Source: Escherichia phage vB_EcoM_DE7. From it: a DNA stretch of 64,000 nucleotides. The stretch lies in sequence record OL825705.1, one strand, 5' to 3'. Below are positions 36,958-47,442 of the stretch, piece by piece. Each line of letters starts with the position of its first letter. Position 1 is the first letter of the stretch. The notes beneath the pieces were generated by a model. The model worked only from the letters and a program-made list of their open reading frames with translations, was not told the origin of the DNA and ran no database searches. The position numbers were made by a program, and so were the translations under genes.

Positions 36958-39192
36958 ATGATTAAGACAATTAAAAAATCAAACGGTACAGTAGTAAACT
37001 TTGACCCAGAAAGACTGAATAAGTGGGCATCATGGGCAGACAAGCGTGGAATTATCTGGTCAGAAGTCACTATGGAAGCTATGAAACGTGTCTATGAGGG
37101 TTGCACTACAAAAGAGATGCACCAAGCCATGATTGATGTTTGTGTTGATAAGCAAACTCAAGAGTACTCAGACATGGCTGGGCGGCTACTTCTGGGGATT
37201 ATCTACAAAGAAGCCTTTGGAGGCTTTACTAAGGTTCCTACGCTGGTTACCTTCGTTAAAAATATGGAGAGAGCAGGACTTTGGGAGAAGATGGACTATT
37301 CTCAGGAAGAGCTTGAATATCTGCAAGGGTACATTGTGCACTCAAAAGATATCTCTTACGGTTATGCAGTCCTGAAACAGTTCAGAGACAAGTATGGTAT
37401 CCGTGATATTAAAACGGGAAGACTTTTTGAGTCACCACAATTTATGTTTATAGGTATGGCTATGAAAGCCTTTGAGAAGCAACCAAAGCACCGTAGACTG
37501 CAAGATGTTATCAAGCTGTACACTTACCTATCTGACCTGAAGATTAATGCCCCTACGCCTTATCTGAATGGTTTAAGAGCTACTAAATCAGGTTATGCGT
37601 CATGCTGTTTGATTAAGGCAAATGATACTGCTGAGTCTCTAGGTATTGCCGCAAAGGTTGCCTATGACATGACCACAAAGCAAGCCGGTATTGGGATGCT
37701 GATGGAGACTCGCACTATTGGTGATGGTATCCGTCAAAACACTATTGAGCACATGGGTAAACTACCTTATTACAAGCTTGTACGTTCATCTGTAGAGGCA
37801 AACAAACAGAAGAGCCGTGGTGGTTCAGCTAACAACTTCTACACCGCTCTAGACCCGCAGATTGAAGATTTACTGCGTTTGAAGCACCCTACAACGGTTC
37901 CTTCGAAACGTATTAACGAGATGGACTACTCATTTGGTACAAATGATTATTTCTGGCAGTGTGTTCAATATGATACAGACTGGTTGCTATTCTCTTACAA
38001 GGATGCACCAAAACTCTATGACATGTTCTACACAGCATCTGCTGATGAGTTTGCTATGGCAGTTGGTCATGCAGTACATTCAGGTGTTAAGCACAGACGG
38101 GTGAAGGCTCGTGAAATTGCTAAACTGTTTATCCAGCAGCGTTATGCAACAGGTCGTGTGTATCCATTCTTCACGAATAATGCAAACACACATACACCAT
38201 TTAAAGAACCTTTGAAGATGTCAAATCTTTGTATGGAAATTGTGTTGCCAGTGTACGGCTTTGAGAAAGAGACAGACCTTTACAGAGATGATGCTGTGAA
38301 AGAGGATGGTGAGGTAGCTCTTTGCTTCCTAGCTAGTTTGGTTGCAGGGAGAATTTCAGAAGATGAATACGCTGACGTTGCTTATTATGCTCTTGCAATG
38401 GTTGACTCCGTTATTGACCTTATGGATTATCCGTATCCGTCGATGCGCAACCATGTTCAGAAGCGTCGTTCTGTTGGGATTGGCCTTACAAATGTGGCTC
38501 ATTACCTTGCGAAGAACTACGTGAACTACTCTTCACGAGCAGGTAAGACAAAACTTCATGAGCTTGCTGAAATGCACTCTTACTACTTACACGAAGCTTC
38601 TTTAAGACTTGCTAAAGAACGTGGTGTACCTGAGTATATGCAGTTCACTAAGTATCCTGAAGGTTGGGTTCCTCCGAAAACAGCTAACAGTAAGATTGAT
38701 GAGAAGCATGATGCAAAACTTCGTTATGATTGGGATGACTTAGCACAGCGTATTAAAGAAAATGGTGGAATCCGTAACTCTGTATTAGAAGCTTACATGC
38801 CTAATGAGAGTTCTTCACTGGCAACTAATACGACAAACGGCTTGTACCCAATTCGTGACTTTATTTTAACTAAAAAGTCTGCAACTGGTAACGTACTGTT
38901 TATTGTTCCAGACTACGAAGAGTTGAAGTATGTCTATGAAATTGCTTGGGATATTGACACCTTTGACCTGATTGATTGTTATGCAATTGTTCAAAAGTTC
39001 ACTGGTCAAGCTATCTCTTCAGATTTCTATGTTGACTATGCAAAGTCTAAGAAGGTATCATTGTCTCAAGCTTTGAAGTACATGATTTATGCCAACTCAG
39101 TAGGTATGAAAACCATGTACTACCTTAACAGTCGCATTGGTGTAGGTAAATCTGCACTGCAAGATGCTTATTGCGAGGGTTGTGGTGTTTAG
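36958..39192 (+). CDS. nrdA: ribonucleotide reductase class Ia large subunit
   Basis: N-terminal ATP-cone-like region, active-site NLCMEIVLP motif, C-terminal CEGCG cysteine pair. Confidence 0.9.
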   Translation: MIKTIKKSNGTVVNFDPERLNKWASWADKRGIIWSEVTMEAMKRVYEGCTTKEMHQAMIDVCVDKQTQEYSDMAGRLLLGIIYKEAFGGFTKVPTLVTFVKNMERAGLWEKMDYSQEELEYLQGYIVHSKDISYGYAVLKQFRDKYGIRDIKTGRLFESPQFMFIGMAMKAFEKQPKHRRLQDVIKLYTYLSDLKINAPTPYLNGLRATKSGYASCCLIKANDTAESLGIAAKVAYDMTTKQAGIGMLMETRTIGDGIRQNTIEHMGKLPYYKLVRSSVEANKQKSRGGSANNFYTALDPQIEDLLRLKHPTTVPSKRINEMDYSFGTNDYFWQCVQYDTDWLLFSYKDAPKLYDMFYTASADEFAMAVGHAVHSGVKHRRVKAREIAKLFIQQRYATGRVYPFFTNNANTHTPFKEPLKMSNLCMEIVLPVYGFEKETDLYRDDAVKEDGEVALCFLASLVAGRISEDEYADVAYYALAMVDSVIDLMDYPYPSMRNHVQKRRSVGIGLTNVAHYLAKNYVNYSSRAGKTKLHELAEMHSYYLHEASLRLAKERGVPEYMQFTKYPEGWVPPKTANSKIDEKHDAKLRYDWDDLAQRIKENGGIRNSVLEAYMPNESSSLATNTTNGLYPIRDFILTKKSATGNVLFIVPDYEELKYVYEIAWDIDTFDLIDCYAIVQKFTGQAISSDFYVDYAKSKKVSLSQALKYMIYANSVGMKTMYYLNSRIGVGKSALQDAYCEGCGV

Positions 39193-39247
39193 TTTTAATA
39201 ACTATGAGGGTCGTAAAAGACCCTCTAAAATTAACTTTGGAGAAACT

Positions 39248-39454
39248 ATGAAAGACTTAATAGAAAAACATGAGCGGCCAATATACTTGCTCTACAAACC
39301 CCGCAAAACATTGTACTATGTGAGCAGCACAGGCATCATGATAAAGCAGAATGATGACTTATGGGTCACTGGTGTCTCTTACATCTCTACAGCAGATGGT
39401 AAAATCTATGCAAGACCTTATGACATGTTTAACAAAGAAATTGGGAAGTTTTAG
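39248..39454 (+). CDS. small hypothetical protein between nrdA and nrdB
   Basis: 68-aa ORF from ATG 39248 with SD GGAG; track ORF 39164 start is probably an upstream extension. Confidence 0.3.
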   Translation: MKDLIEKHERPIYLLYKPRKTLYYVSSTGIMIKQNDDLWVTGVSYISTADGKIYARPYDMFNKEIGKF

Positions 39455-39500
39455 ACAGAAAACAAGCCTTAGAGATGATAAAGAAAGGAGAAATCACACT

Positions 39501-40574
39501 ATGATTAACCAACACCCAATCTTTTTAGGTGGTGAGAGAAAGACGTTTGACTCACTTAATAAACACTACCCAAAAATCTTTGAACTATATAAACAACAAA
39601 AAGCACAAGACTGGTCAGAAGATGAGTTCCCTTTTGAACAATCACGTCTTGATTTTGAGAGTGTACCAGCATCAATGTCAGGTGTAATGCTTGAGATTCT
39701 TAAGTGGCAGTGGGAAGCAGATACCCAAGTTGCTAAGAGTTTAGCGTTTGCCTTTGCGCCATTCATCTCTGATGACATTTATGCAACTGCAATTATGAAG
39801 CAGTCTGAGATTGAAAACCTACATGCTCTTACTTATTCGGAGATTGTAAGGCAATGTATTAAAAACCCTGAAACAATCTTAGATGAGATTAACCAGAACA
39901 TTGCTGTACAAGACCGATTAAAAACTGTGAATCGTGTTCTTGAAGAATTACTGGATGAAGGCATAAACTATCGTCTGAGTTATGTCCGTGACTCGCTTCT
40001 GGACAAAGACCCTTTACACTTCCATAAAGTGATTCTAAAAGGTCTATTTGCAGTGACTGCGCTTGAAGGCATTTCTTTTATGGCATCCTTTGCATGTACT
40101 TTTGCACTTGATGCTCAAGATAAATTTCAAGGTATTGCTCAAGCTGTCCAGAAAATTATGCTTGATGAAATCCTTCACACTAAAATTGATATTGAAGTTT
40201 TAAAAGAAACTTTAAGAGATGATGAGTGGCAAAAAGCTTTCCAACAAATTCTTCCAGAGATTAAAGTAATCTTAGATGAAGTAGTTGAAAGTGAAGAGAA
40301 ATGGTCGTATTATATCTTCTCCGAAGGACGTGCTGTAGTTGGGTTAAATACAAAGCTTCTTCATGAGTGGGTTTACTATAATGCTGCCCCACTGTATGAT
40401 ATGTTTGGCATTCCCAGAGATTTTGTAGCTCCTAAAGAACCACCTTTGAAGTATATGATTAAGAAGATGGAAATTGATAAAGAGCAGAATGCTAATCAGG
40501 AGCAACAGAACGGTGCGTATCTATTGAATACTGTTGTAGATGATTTGAATAGTGGATTTTTAGAGGTTCCTTAA
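39501..40574 (+). CDS. nrdB: ribonucleotide reductase class Ia small subunit
   Basis: Ferritin-like R2 protein; start set at ATG 39501 (SD AAAGGAG) rather than the track start 39351. Confidence 0.85.
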   Translation: MINQHPIFLGGERKTFDSLNKHYPKIFELYKQQKAQDWSEDEFPFEQSRLDFESVPASMSGVMLEILKWQWEADTQVAKSLAFAFAPFISDDIYATAIMKQSEIENLHALTYSEIVRQCIKNPETILDEINQNIAVQDRLKTVNRVLEELLDEGINYRLSYVRDSLLDKDPLHFHKVILKGLFAVTALEGISFMASFACTFALDAQDKFQGIAQAVQKIMLDEILHTKIDIEVLKETLRDDEWQKAFQQILPEIKVILDEVVESEEKWSYYIFSEGRAVVGLNTKLLHEWVYYNAAPLYDMFGIPRDFVAPKEPPLKYMIKKMEIDKEQNANQEQQNGAYLLNTVVDDLNSGFLEVP

Positions 40575-40816
40575 TGACTTATGTAATTTACTCCAAAACT
40601 GGATGCCCTCAGTGTGAGACTGCAAAGAATTTTGCAAAAGCTCGTGGTATTGACCATGTTGTGAGAATGTTAGGGCAGGATTATGAACTGCCAGACCTGA
40701 TGGATATTGCACAGATGCCAGTTCGTCAGATGCCATTCATCATGAAAACTGATGGTCAAAACCTAGAGCCTGTTGGAACGCTACAGAATTTTATGGCAGA
40801 GGTGAATAATGCTTAA
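40574..40816 (+). CDS. glutaredoxin/thioredoxin-like redoxin (probable RNR electron donor)
   Basis: 80 aa with N-terminal CPQC redox motif (YSKTGCPQCETAK); coupled to nrdB. Confidence 0.6.
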   Translation: MTYVIYSKTGCPQCETAKNFAKARGIDHVVRMLGQDYELPDLMDIAQMPVRQMPFIMKTDGQNLEPVGTLQNFMAEVNNA

Positions 40817-41015
40817 ACGCCTTTGGGAAGGTTTGGTTGTTGATGCACCAGCTATTGTGATTGGTATGCTTGTTGTTAACCTATTTACTGATTTTGAACA
40901 AGGTTCATTGTTTGGAGCCATGTTACTATGGGTTATCTTTGAAATATTAGAAATACAGCTAGGCATCACTGAAAAACTAAGAGAACTCTTTTCAAAGTTT
41001 TCTAAAAAGATTTAA
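40809..41015 (+). CDS. small membrane protein
   Basis: 68 aa, two hydrophobic segments. Confidence 0.3.
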   Translation: MLKRLWEGLVVDAPAIVIGMLVVNLFTDFEQGSLFGAMLLWVIFEILEIQLGITEKLRELFSKFSKKI

Positions 41016-41025
41016 AATGAAAGGG

Positions 41026-41046
41026 TCTCTTCGGAGACCTTTTTAG
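41026..41046 (+). terminator. rho-independent terminator
   Basis: GGTCTC-TTCG-GAGACC hairpin followed by TTTTT. Confidence 0.65.
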
Positions 41047-41063
41047 CATGTAAAGGGGCAATA

Positions 41064-42260
41064 ATGAACAAAGTACAGATTATTAAAAAGAATGGCTCAC
41101 TTGAAGAACCGGATATCAAAAAAGTTTTAACAGCAGTAACTAAGTCAGCTAACAGGGTTGGTTATAAAGAACTCCCACCAGATGTTATCCAAGCTCTTGA
41201 GTCAGCATTTATGAGGATTCTGGTAAAATCCACTAAGCAGAATAACTTGCTCATCTCGGTAAATGATATCCACAGTATCGTTGAAGGTGCTTTGGCAGAA
41301 GTCAATCACGAGATTTATGAGTCTTACTCAACATATAGAAATTACCGTAAAGAGGTTGCTCAAAATTGGGATGAACTTTACCAAAAGACCAGAGACACGC
41401 TCTTCTTAGGTGACCGTGAAAATGCTAACTTTGACAGTAGTTTAATTTCTACAAAAGGTTCAATTATTCGTGGTTATCTGACTAAAGAAATCTTTAAACA
41501 GTACCATTTAACACCAGAGGAACTTGAAGCCATTGAAAAAGGGTTTATCTACATCCATGACTTAAGAGACCTAATTTTTGGTGGTATTAACTGTTGCCTG
41601 TTCGACATTGGTAAAGTACTGAAAGGTGGCTTTGAAATGTCTGGCATCGAATACTGTGAACCTAAGTCTGTGCTGTCAGCCTTACAGGTTATTGGTGATG
41701 TAGTTCTTTCAGCAACTGCACAGCAATTTGGTGGCTTTACTTTAGCAGAGATTGATAAGGTGCTTGTACCGTATGCTAAGAAGTCTCTACGCTATCATGC
41801 TGAGAAAGCAGCATCTTATGGTATCCCTAAAGAACATTACCATAATTATGTCATGGAGCAGCTACAGATTGAATTAACTCAAGGTTTCCAGTCACTAGAG
41901 ATGAAGCTAAATACTGTACCTTGCAGCCGTGGTGATTTTGCATTCACAACTTTAACATTTGGTTTACTTGACTCAGATATGTCTAATGAAGACAACCGAC
42001 TACAATACATGATTGCAAACACCATTCTTGATGTTCGTATGAATGGACAAGGTAAGAGCAAGAAACCTGTTGTATTTCCTAAACTGGTTTATATCTATGA
42101 CCAGAAGAGACACGATGAGAATATCTGTCAAGGTCAACTGTACAGTAAAGCTATTGAGTGTTGCTCTAAAGCAATGTATCCAGATTTCTTAAGCGTCTCT
42201 GGTCATGGTGCTGTAGCAGAGGCTTTTGAGCGTTCTGGTAAGGTTATTTCACCGATGGGT
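41064..42260 (+). CDS. nrdD: anaerobic ribonucleotide reductase, exon 1
   Basis: N-terminal ATP-cone-like region; reading frame ends ...ISPMG then stop inside the intron. Confidence 0.85.
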
Positions 42261-42576
42261 TAACAAGCTCTATAGCTCATCTAAAACGTGCCTAAACAGG
42301 GAAACTCTACAGGTGTAGACAATCCTGTGCTAAATGATGTACGATGTAAGAAACTATATAACATAGAAGTATTACATGCCAAATAACCTCGAATATGAGT
42401 TTGAGTACATTTAAATGCCGAACGACTAACCGTGATGAATGTAGCGGTGTAGGGTCAAGCGACTCGAAATGGCACGCTACTTAGAAATAAGTAGAAGATA
42501 TAGTCTGGACTTACTGGCGACAGTAAGCAGCTTGAATAAAGCGGGGTAAGCGTAGCGAACTTACCTGAACAACAAG
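42261..42576 (+). other. group I intron (no ORF) in nrdD
   Basis: GUAGACAAUCCUGUGCUAAAU, GACUAACCG and AGAUAUAGUCUGGAC segments resemble the T4 td-type intron core as recalled; exon ends in U, intron ends in G; exons join in frame across PMG|CRAFL. Confidence 0.8.
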
Positions 42577-43524
42577 TGTAGAGCATTTTTATCACCATAT
42601 CATAACGAAGATGGTGAAGAATTTTATGTAGGTCGTGCTAACATTGGTGCTGTATCTTTGAACTTGCCAATGATTTACCAGTATTCTAAAGAGAATGGTT
42701 TAGATTTCTGGAAAGAGCTTGATAAGTACCTAGAGATGATTCGCAGTTTTCACAAGAAACGCTATGAAATGATTGCTAATATGCCAGCAAGTTCTAACCC
42801 TCTTGCATTCACACAAGGTGGTCTGTACAAAGGGACTAAGAAACCTACTGACAAGGTTGGTTGGGATATCGTGAAGTCCTTCACAGCCTCTTTTGGGGTT
42901 ACTGCACTTGATGAATTATCTGTTCTTGCTGAAGGTAAACGACTTCATGAAGTTGGAAGCTATAGTTTTGCATACGATGTTCTGGCATACATTAACATGA
43001 AAACTGAAGAGTTTAAGAACGAAGATGGCTTCTTGTATGCGGTATATGGCACTCCAGCAGAATCACTTTGTGGAACTCAGTTAAAACAGTTCAGAGATAT
43101 GTTTGGCGTTATTAAAGGTGTCTCTGACAAGGAATACTTTACAAACAGTTTCCATATGAATGTTGCAGCAAACATCTCACCATTTGAGAAGCAGGACTTA
43201 GAAGAACCATTCTTCCATATCTGTAGAGGTGGTAGAATCCAGTATGTAAGGGTAGCTAACCCAGAAAACTTACCAGCACTTAAAAGTTGTATTACAAGAG
43301 GCATGTTGAAAGGCTTTTATCAGGGGCTTAACTTTGACTTAGCAATCTGTGAACATTGTGGTAACAGACCAAAGGCTGATGTCGAAGAATGTGAAGTTTG
43401 CCATTCACATGATATCTCTGTGATTAACAGGGTGTGCGGGTACTTGTCATTCACAAAAATTAAAGGTCAGTCTCGAATGAATGACGCTAAGATGGCAGAA
43501 ATTAAGGATAGAGTCTCTATGTAA
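42577..43524 (+). CDS. nrdD: anaerobic ribonucleotide reductase, exon 2
   Basis: Starts CRAFLSPY; C-terminal Zn site CEHCGN ... CEVCHSHD and glycyl-radical motif RVCGYLS. Confidence 0.85.
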   Translation, partial: CRAFLSPYHNEDGEEFYVGRANIGAVSLNLPMIYQYSKENGLDFWKELDKYLEMIRSFHKKRYEMIANMPASSNPLAFTQGGLYKGTKKPTDKVGWDIVKSFTASFGVTALDELSVLAEGKRLHEVGSYSFAYDVLAYINMKTEEFKNEDGFLYAVYGTPAESLCGTQLKQFRDMFGVIKGVSDKEYFTNSFHMNVAANISPFEKQDLEEPFFHICRGGRIQYVRVANPENLPALKSCITRGMLKGFYQGLNFDLAICEHCGNRPKADVEECEVCHSHDISVINRVCGYLSFTKIKGQSRMNDAKMAEIKDRVSM

Positions 43525-43533
43525 AACTTGACA

Positions 43534-43575
43534 AGGTGGTGTAGGTCTTGATAGGCTTACATCACCTTTTTTATT
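43534..43575 (+). terminator. rho-independent terminator
   Basis: AGGTGGTGTA ... TACATCACCT hairpin followed by TTTTTT after nrdD. Confidence 0.55.
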
Positions 43576-43678
43576 GGATGTTAGACATGGCGGAGAGTAT
43601 TATTGGGCTGTTCATAGGTTCTGTCTTACTAGGGTTCTTTTTAGGACTTTCTTATTGTGAGTTGAGAGATAAGTTAAA

Positions 43679-43879
43679 ATGTTTAAAATATCAAAAACGT
43701 TGATATACATACTTCACATTCTAATCTTCTTCTTTGGGGTTAGTGTTATGGTATGGGGTTTTTCAGACCCACAATGGAGTTTATCATATCATGGACAAAT
43801 GGATTTATGGTCATGCTTCAAACCATTTTTAGGGTTAGCTATAGCATTCAGTGCATTGCCAACTAAGGTGAAATTATGA
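43679..43879 (+). CDS. small membrane protein
   Basis: 66 aa, two hydrophobic helices. Confidence 0.3.
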   Translation: MFKISKTLIYILHILIFFFGVSVMVWGFSDPQWSLSYHGQMDLWSCFKPFLGLAIAFSALPTKVKL

Positions 43880-44271
43880 TTAAGTTGAACAAAAAACAGC
43901 TAGAGTGGATTAAAGATTACGCCGAAGAGTGTGGCTCTTGCGAAAAGAATCACGTAAAATACTCAACATTCCATACAGTCTTCACATTGTACATCAGCGA
44001 CAATGTTCTAAGTGATTCCGTGGAAGACGGTGTAGCGTTACCTAATGAGTTACTTGATAAACTAGCTGTAGTCACTGGAACTTGGTCTGAAGAAGACGGT
44101 CATGAATTATCTGATGATGTTGTCTTCTACACTCTTGAAAACATCATGAATCCAGAGTACATTATGCTAATGACTTGTGCACAAGACTGTGTGCCATTAC
44201 AAAACTTCATTAAAGAACACTGTGAAGAATTTATTACTAAACAGGTTCCTTGTCAGGTAGTGTTTGAATAA
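43876..44271 (+). CDS. hypothetical acidic protein
   Basis: 131-aa ORF. Confidence 0.35.
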   Translation: MIKLNKKQLEWIKDYAEECGSCEKNHVKYSTFHTVFTLYISDNVLSDSVEDGVALPNELLDKLAVVTGTWSEEDGHELSDDVVFYTLENIMNPEYIMLMTCAQDCVPLQNFIKEHCEEFITKQVPCQVVFE

Positions 44272-44306
44272 GTAAAACAATTAAATAATATTGGTGAGGT
44301 AACTAG

Positions 44307-44792
44307 ATGAATTACATGGAGATTCGACCATTTGACACAGCTAATGGTGAAGGGGTTCGTGTAAGCCTCTTCGTAGCTGGCTGTAAACATCACTGTGAAG
44401 GCTGCTTTAACAGGGAGTCTTGGAAGTTTAATGCTGGTAAAGAGTTTACTTATGCAATCCTCTACGGCATCATTAAGTTAATGGATGATAATGCTATCAG
44501 TGGGCTGTCAATACTTGGTGGAGAACCTCTTGATGACAGAAACATTCAGGAAGTCACCAACATATGTAAACGTATTAAAACTGTTTACCCAGAAAAGTCT
44601 ATCTGGCTCTGGACAGGTTTTCAGTTACACGAAAAAATTCATCTAGATGTGATGAAATATGTTGACGTGGTGATTGATGGTAAGTATGATTCGTCTAAAC
44701 CAACAGTTAAACCATATCGTGGTTCTGATAACCAAAACCTCTGGAGAAAAGAGTATGGATGGCAAGGCGATTGTCAATGGCGAGCAGAGTAA
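44307..44792 (+). CDS. nrdG: anaerobic ribonucleotide reductase activating protein (radical SAM)
   Basis: CxxxCxxC cluster VAGCKHHCEGCFN near N-terminus; 161 aa; adjacent to nrdD. Confidence 0.8.
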   Translation: MNYMEIRPFDTANGEGVRVSLFVAGCKHHCEGCFNRESWKFNAGKEFTYAILYGIIKLMDDNAISGLSILGGEPLDDRNIQEVTNICKRIKTVYPEKSIWLWTGFQLHEKIHLDVMKYVDVVIDGKYDSSKPTVKPYRGSDNQNLWRKEYGWQGDCQWRAE

Positions 44793-44829
44793 ATCTCATC
44801 GTAAAATTGGCTACGGGAAAGGTGAGATA

Positions 44830-45132
44830 ATGATTATCTCTTTTAATAGTGCTTTATTAGGCACTTATAAGGTCAAGACCGAACTCCTTGATGAGTGGAA
44901 AAAGTATACAAACTCACTGTTCGGTAATGTTGGAATGGAAGCTTTAGCAGAGATTGAGAAGGCGGGAACATTCGAAGTTGTTGGTAAAGGCCACTTTACA
45001 ATGTTCTACAGAACAAACCTAAACGTTGGTGACAGTATTGTTGGTGTCACTGAAGAAGAACTTAAAACATTTTGTGAAAAGATTGAGAGAGATACGAAAT
45101 GGGAATCTGGAACAGTTTTAAATCAAAAATAA
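44830..45132 (+). CDS. hypothetical protein
   Basis: Track ORF 44674..45132 trimmed to internal ATG 44830 with SD GGGAAAGGTGAG; start uncertain. Confidence 0.3.
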   Translation: MIISFNSALLGTYKVKTELLDEWKKYTNSLFGNVGMEALAEIEKAGTFEVVGKGHFTMFYRTNLNVGDSIVGVTEEELKTFCEKIERDTKWESGTVLNQK

Positions 45133-45356
45133 AAGCAGCACTGGCATCACTAGGTATGCTCACTGGTGTTGACGTTACTCATCTCATGCAGAACTTCAAG
45201 ATGGATGAGAAGCTGGCTAATGAGATTATGAAAAGCATCTATGTAGGTCGTGGAAAAGGTGGTAAAAAACAAGCACATCGACCAACTGGTGCAGCAGCAA
45301 TTAAACGTGCAGCTAAAAAAGCTCGTAACCGTAAACGTAACAAGAAGGCTAAATAA
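45099..45356 (+). CDS. hypothetical protein with basic C-terminus
   Basis: 85 aa, C-terminal KRAAKKARNRKRNKKAK. Confidence 0.3.
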   Translation: MGIWNSFKSKIKAALASLGMLTGVDVTHLMQNFKMDEKLANEIMKSIYVGRGKGGKKQAHRPTGAAAIKRAAKKARNRKRNKKAK

Positions 45357-45358
45357 TC

Positions 45359-45679
45359 ATGAGCAAAGTTTATAACACTCGTAAATTACAGATTTTCGTA
45401 CTGTGCCAGTTTATGGCTAAAGAGTATAACTGCTACTATTGTGGTACAGGGTTCATTAGTGATAATGACGGCTCATATCTACCATTCAAAGAGGCTGTAA
45501 AACTCTTCAATGAAGAGAAAAGCTCTAAGAAAGATATTGAAAAGGTTAAGCTAACCTACAGCAAGAAAGATAAGAAGATTATCTGCCTAGATAACTTTGT
45601 AAAAGTTACTGGAGAAGCAAAAGAGTTTATGGATGAGAGTGAAATCTCATTCACAAGCATCTTGAAAGTAGCTCAGTAA
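45359..45679 (+). CDS. hypothetical protein
   Basis: 106-aa ORF followed by terminator. Confidence 0.35.
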   Translation: MSKVYNTRKLQIFVLCQFMAKEYNCYYCGTGFISDNDGSYLPFKEAVKLFNEEKSSKKDIEKVKLTYSKKDKKIICLDNFVKVTGEAKEFMDESEISFTSILKVAQ

Positions 45680-45730
45680 ACAGATACTATAAGGGAATTG
45701 TAAAGGTTCCCTTTTTATTTTGGAGATAAT

Positions 45731-46246
45731 ATGTATCTGTCAAATCTGAAACGTTCGGCTGCAATGTCAGTTCTAAGACTCAGCTTTGAGGAACGTCAAG
45801 AGTTCATTGACTCCCACCAATACGACCCTTCTAACTCAAATCACATGATTCTCTGGAATCGTGATAACTTCCGTGAAAGAGCACTTGTCCGTTATTACCC
45901 ACACTACACAATAGATAACCTGTATGAATGGTGTGTCGTGAAGAACACTATTGCAACACTGAACAATCTTTGCAGGTATACAGGTAAGCAAACATTCACA
46001 CTAGGCCACCATAAACCTGTTACAAAAGGTGGTGAGCATCACTGTGCGAACTGGTTTATCCAAACTAAAGCTGATAACCAGAAGCAAGGAGATAATCTTC
46101 TAAGCACTCCTAAGATGACCTATGAAGAGCAAGAGAAATATATCAAAAATAATATGCCAGATGTGCTTGACAACAACTATACAGATTTGGCAATATCTCT
46201 CCTGTTGAAGTTCGAGACAGTTTATAGGGCAACTTACAATGGCTAA
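45731..46246 (+). CDS. hypothetical protein (possible HNH-like motif)
   Basis: 171 aa; LGHHKPVTKGGEHHCANW loosely resembles an HNH core. Confidence 0.3.
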   Translation: MYLSNLKRSAAMSVLRLSFEERQEFIDSHQYDPSNSNHMILWNRDNFRERALVRYYPHYTIDNLYEWCVVKNTIATLNNLCRYTGKQTFTLGHHKPVTKGGEHHCANWFIQTKADNQKQGDNLLSTPKMTYEEQEKYIKNNMPDVLDNNYTDLAISLLLKFETVYRATYNG

Positions 46247-46517
46247 AGAGAAGTGGGAGATTTTACCACTAGTTAGTGAGTGCGGCAATGGTTGTGAAAT
46301 GTACATGATACGTGGTCATGTTCCAGAACCAATTGCACTTGAGATGATAAACAATTTTACAGATGGTTCTTACAAAGACTTAGGAGAACCAACTGTCAAG
46401 CAACAATGGGTTAAACCTGTACCAGACAGCACAGGTAACTGTAGTGTACTTTATCACGTTGTAGACCCTGCAAAATGCAAATCTGCAATGGCAGTAACAA
46501 ACGTAACTTTTGATTGA
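46239..46517 (+). CDS. hypothetical protein
   Basis: 92-aa ORF. Confidence 0.3.
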   Translation: MAKEKWEILPLVSECGNGCEMYMIRGHVPEPIALEMINNFTDGSYKDLGEPTVKQQWVKPVPDSTGNCSVLYHVVDPAKCKSAMAVTNVTFD

Positions 46518-47410
46518 GAGAGAAAACTATGAAAACATCTATCCGTGTTACAGTTCATTCACCAACTAAAGGAACTCATGAAGAAGAGTTTAACATCATC
46601 CAATTCCCTTCTGGTGAGATTGGTGGAAACTTTTCACCAGAGTTTGTTGATTTTACTGCTTATGCAGCATCATCTATCAACAATGTGGTTATGATTGTAA
46701 AAGGTTATGATAAAGATACATTGTTTGCTGTGGCACTTGCTAAAGAGGCGGTGGACAACTTAGTACCTCATAAGTTTGCTATGAAGACCATTATCTTTTA
46801 CTATTTGCCAAATGCACGTTATGACCGTCACATGTTTAAAGGTGATGCAGCAGCTTTGAAAGTGTTTGCACAACAGGTTAATGCAATGGGTTTTGATGCA
46901 GTCTGTGCAGTTGACCCTCACAGCTATGTACCAGAGAACCTATTTAACTGCTTCCAGAGTATTCCTCAAAAGGAAATTGCAGTCCACTATGCAAATGACC
47001 CACTGGTTGATTACTTAGTAGCCCCAGATGCAGGTGCTGCTAAGAAGATTGCAGAGACTGCTAAAGAGGTGGATAAACCATACATCACAATGTCTAAAGT
47101 GCGTAACCTCAAGACTGGTGAGATTACCGGTATGCGAATCCTTGATGATATTGATTTGACCGATAAAACCGTTATGATTCTCGACGATATCTGTGATGGT
47201 GGTCGGACCTTCATAGAAGCAGCTAAACATCTTCGTGAAGCAGGTGCAAAACGTGTGGAGCTTTATGTAACTCATGGCATTTTCTCTAAAGGTGTTGAAA
47301 ACCTTCTTGACAATGGCATTGACCACATCTACACTACAAACTCTTTAGGGGAAGCTAAAGACCGTGGCTTAGCACATTATGGTCAAGTTACTGTAGCAAA
47401 CCTTGATTAA
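46514..47410 (+). CDS. ribose-phosphate pyrophosphokinase (PRPP synthetase) family protein
   Basis: PRS-like motifs YLPNARYDR, VDPHS, APDAGAAKK and PRPP-binding loop VMILDDICDGGRT. Confidence 0.7.
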   Translation: MREKTMKTSIRVTVHSPTKGTHEEEFNIIQFPSGEIGGNFSPEFVDFTAYAASSINNVVMIVKGYDKDTLFAVALAKEAVDNLVPHKFAMKTIIFYYLPNARYDRHMFKGDAAALKVFAQQVNAMGFDAVCAVDPHSYVPENLFNCFQSIPQKEIAVHYANDPLVDYLVAPDAGAAKKIAETAKEVDKPYITMSKVRNLKTGEITGMRILDDIDLTDKTVMILDDICDGGRTFIEAAKHLREAGAKRVELYVTHGIFSKGVENLLDNGIDHIYTTNSLGEAKDRGLAHYGQVTVANLD

Positions 47411-47417
47411 AACTTTA

Positions 47418-47442
47418 TAGGGGCTTAAAAGCCCCATTTTGA
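47418..47442 (+). terminator. rho-independent terminator
   Basis: GGGGCTT/AAGCCCC hairpin followed by ATTTT. Confidence 0.45.

Noticed and set aside
39351-39500. N-terminal extension of nrdB from the track's alternative start
   Set aside because: It overlaps the small ORF 39248..39454 and has no SD; ATG 39501 with AAAGGAG gives a normal-length R2 protein.
44674-44829. 5' part of track ORF 44674..45132 overlapping the nrdG 3' end
   Set aside because: It overlaps nrdG in another frame for about 120 nt and starts with a non-ATG codon; trimmed to ATG 44830 with an upstream SD, although the start remains uncertain.
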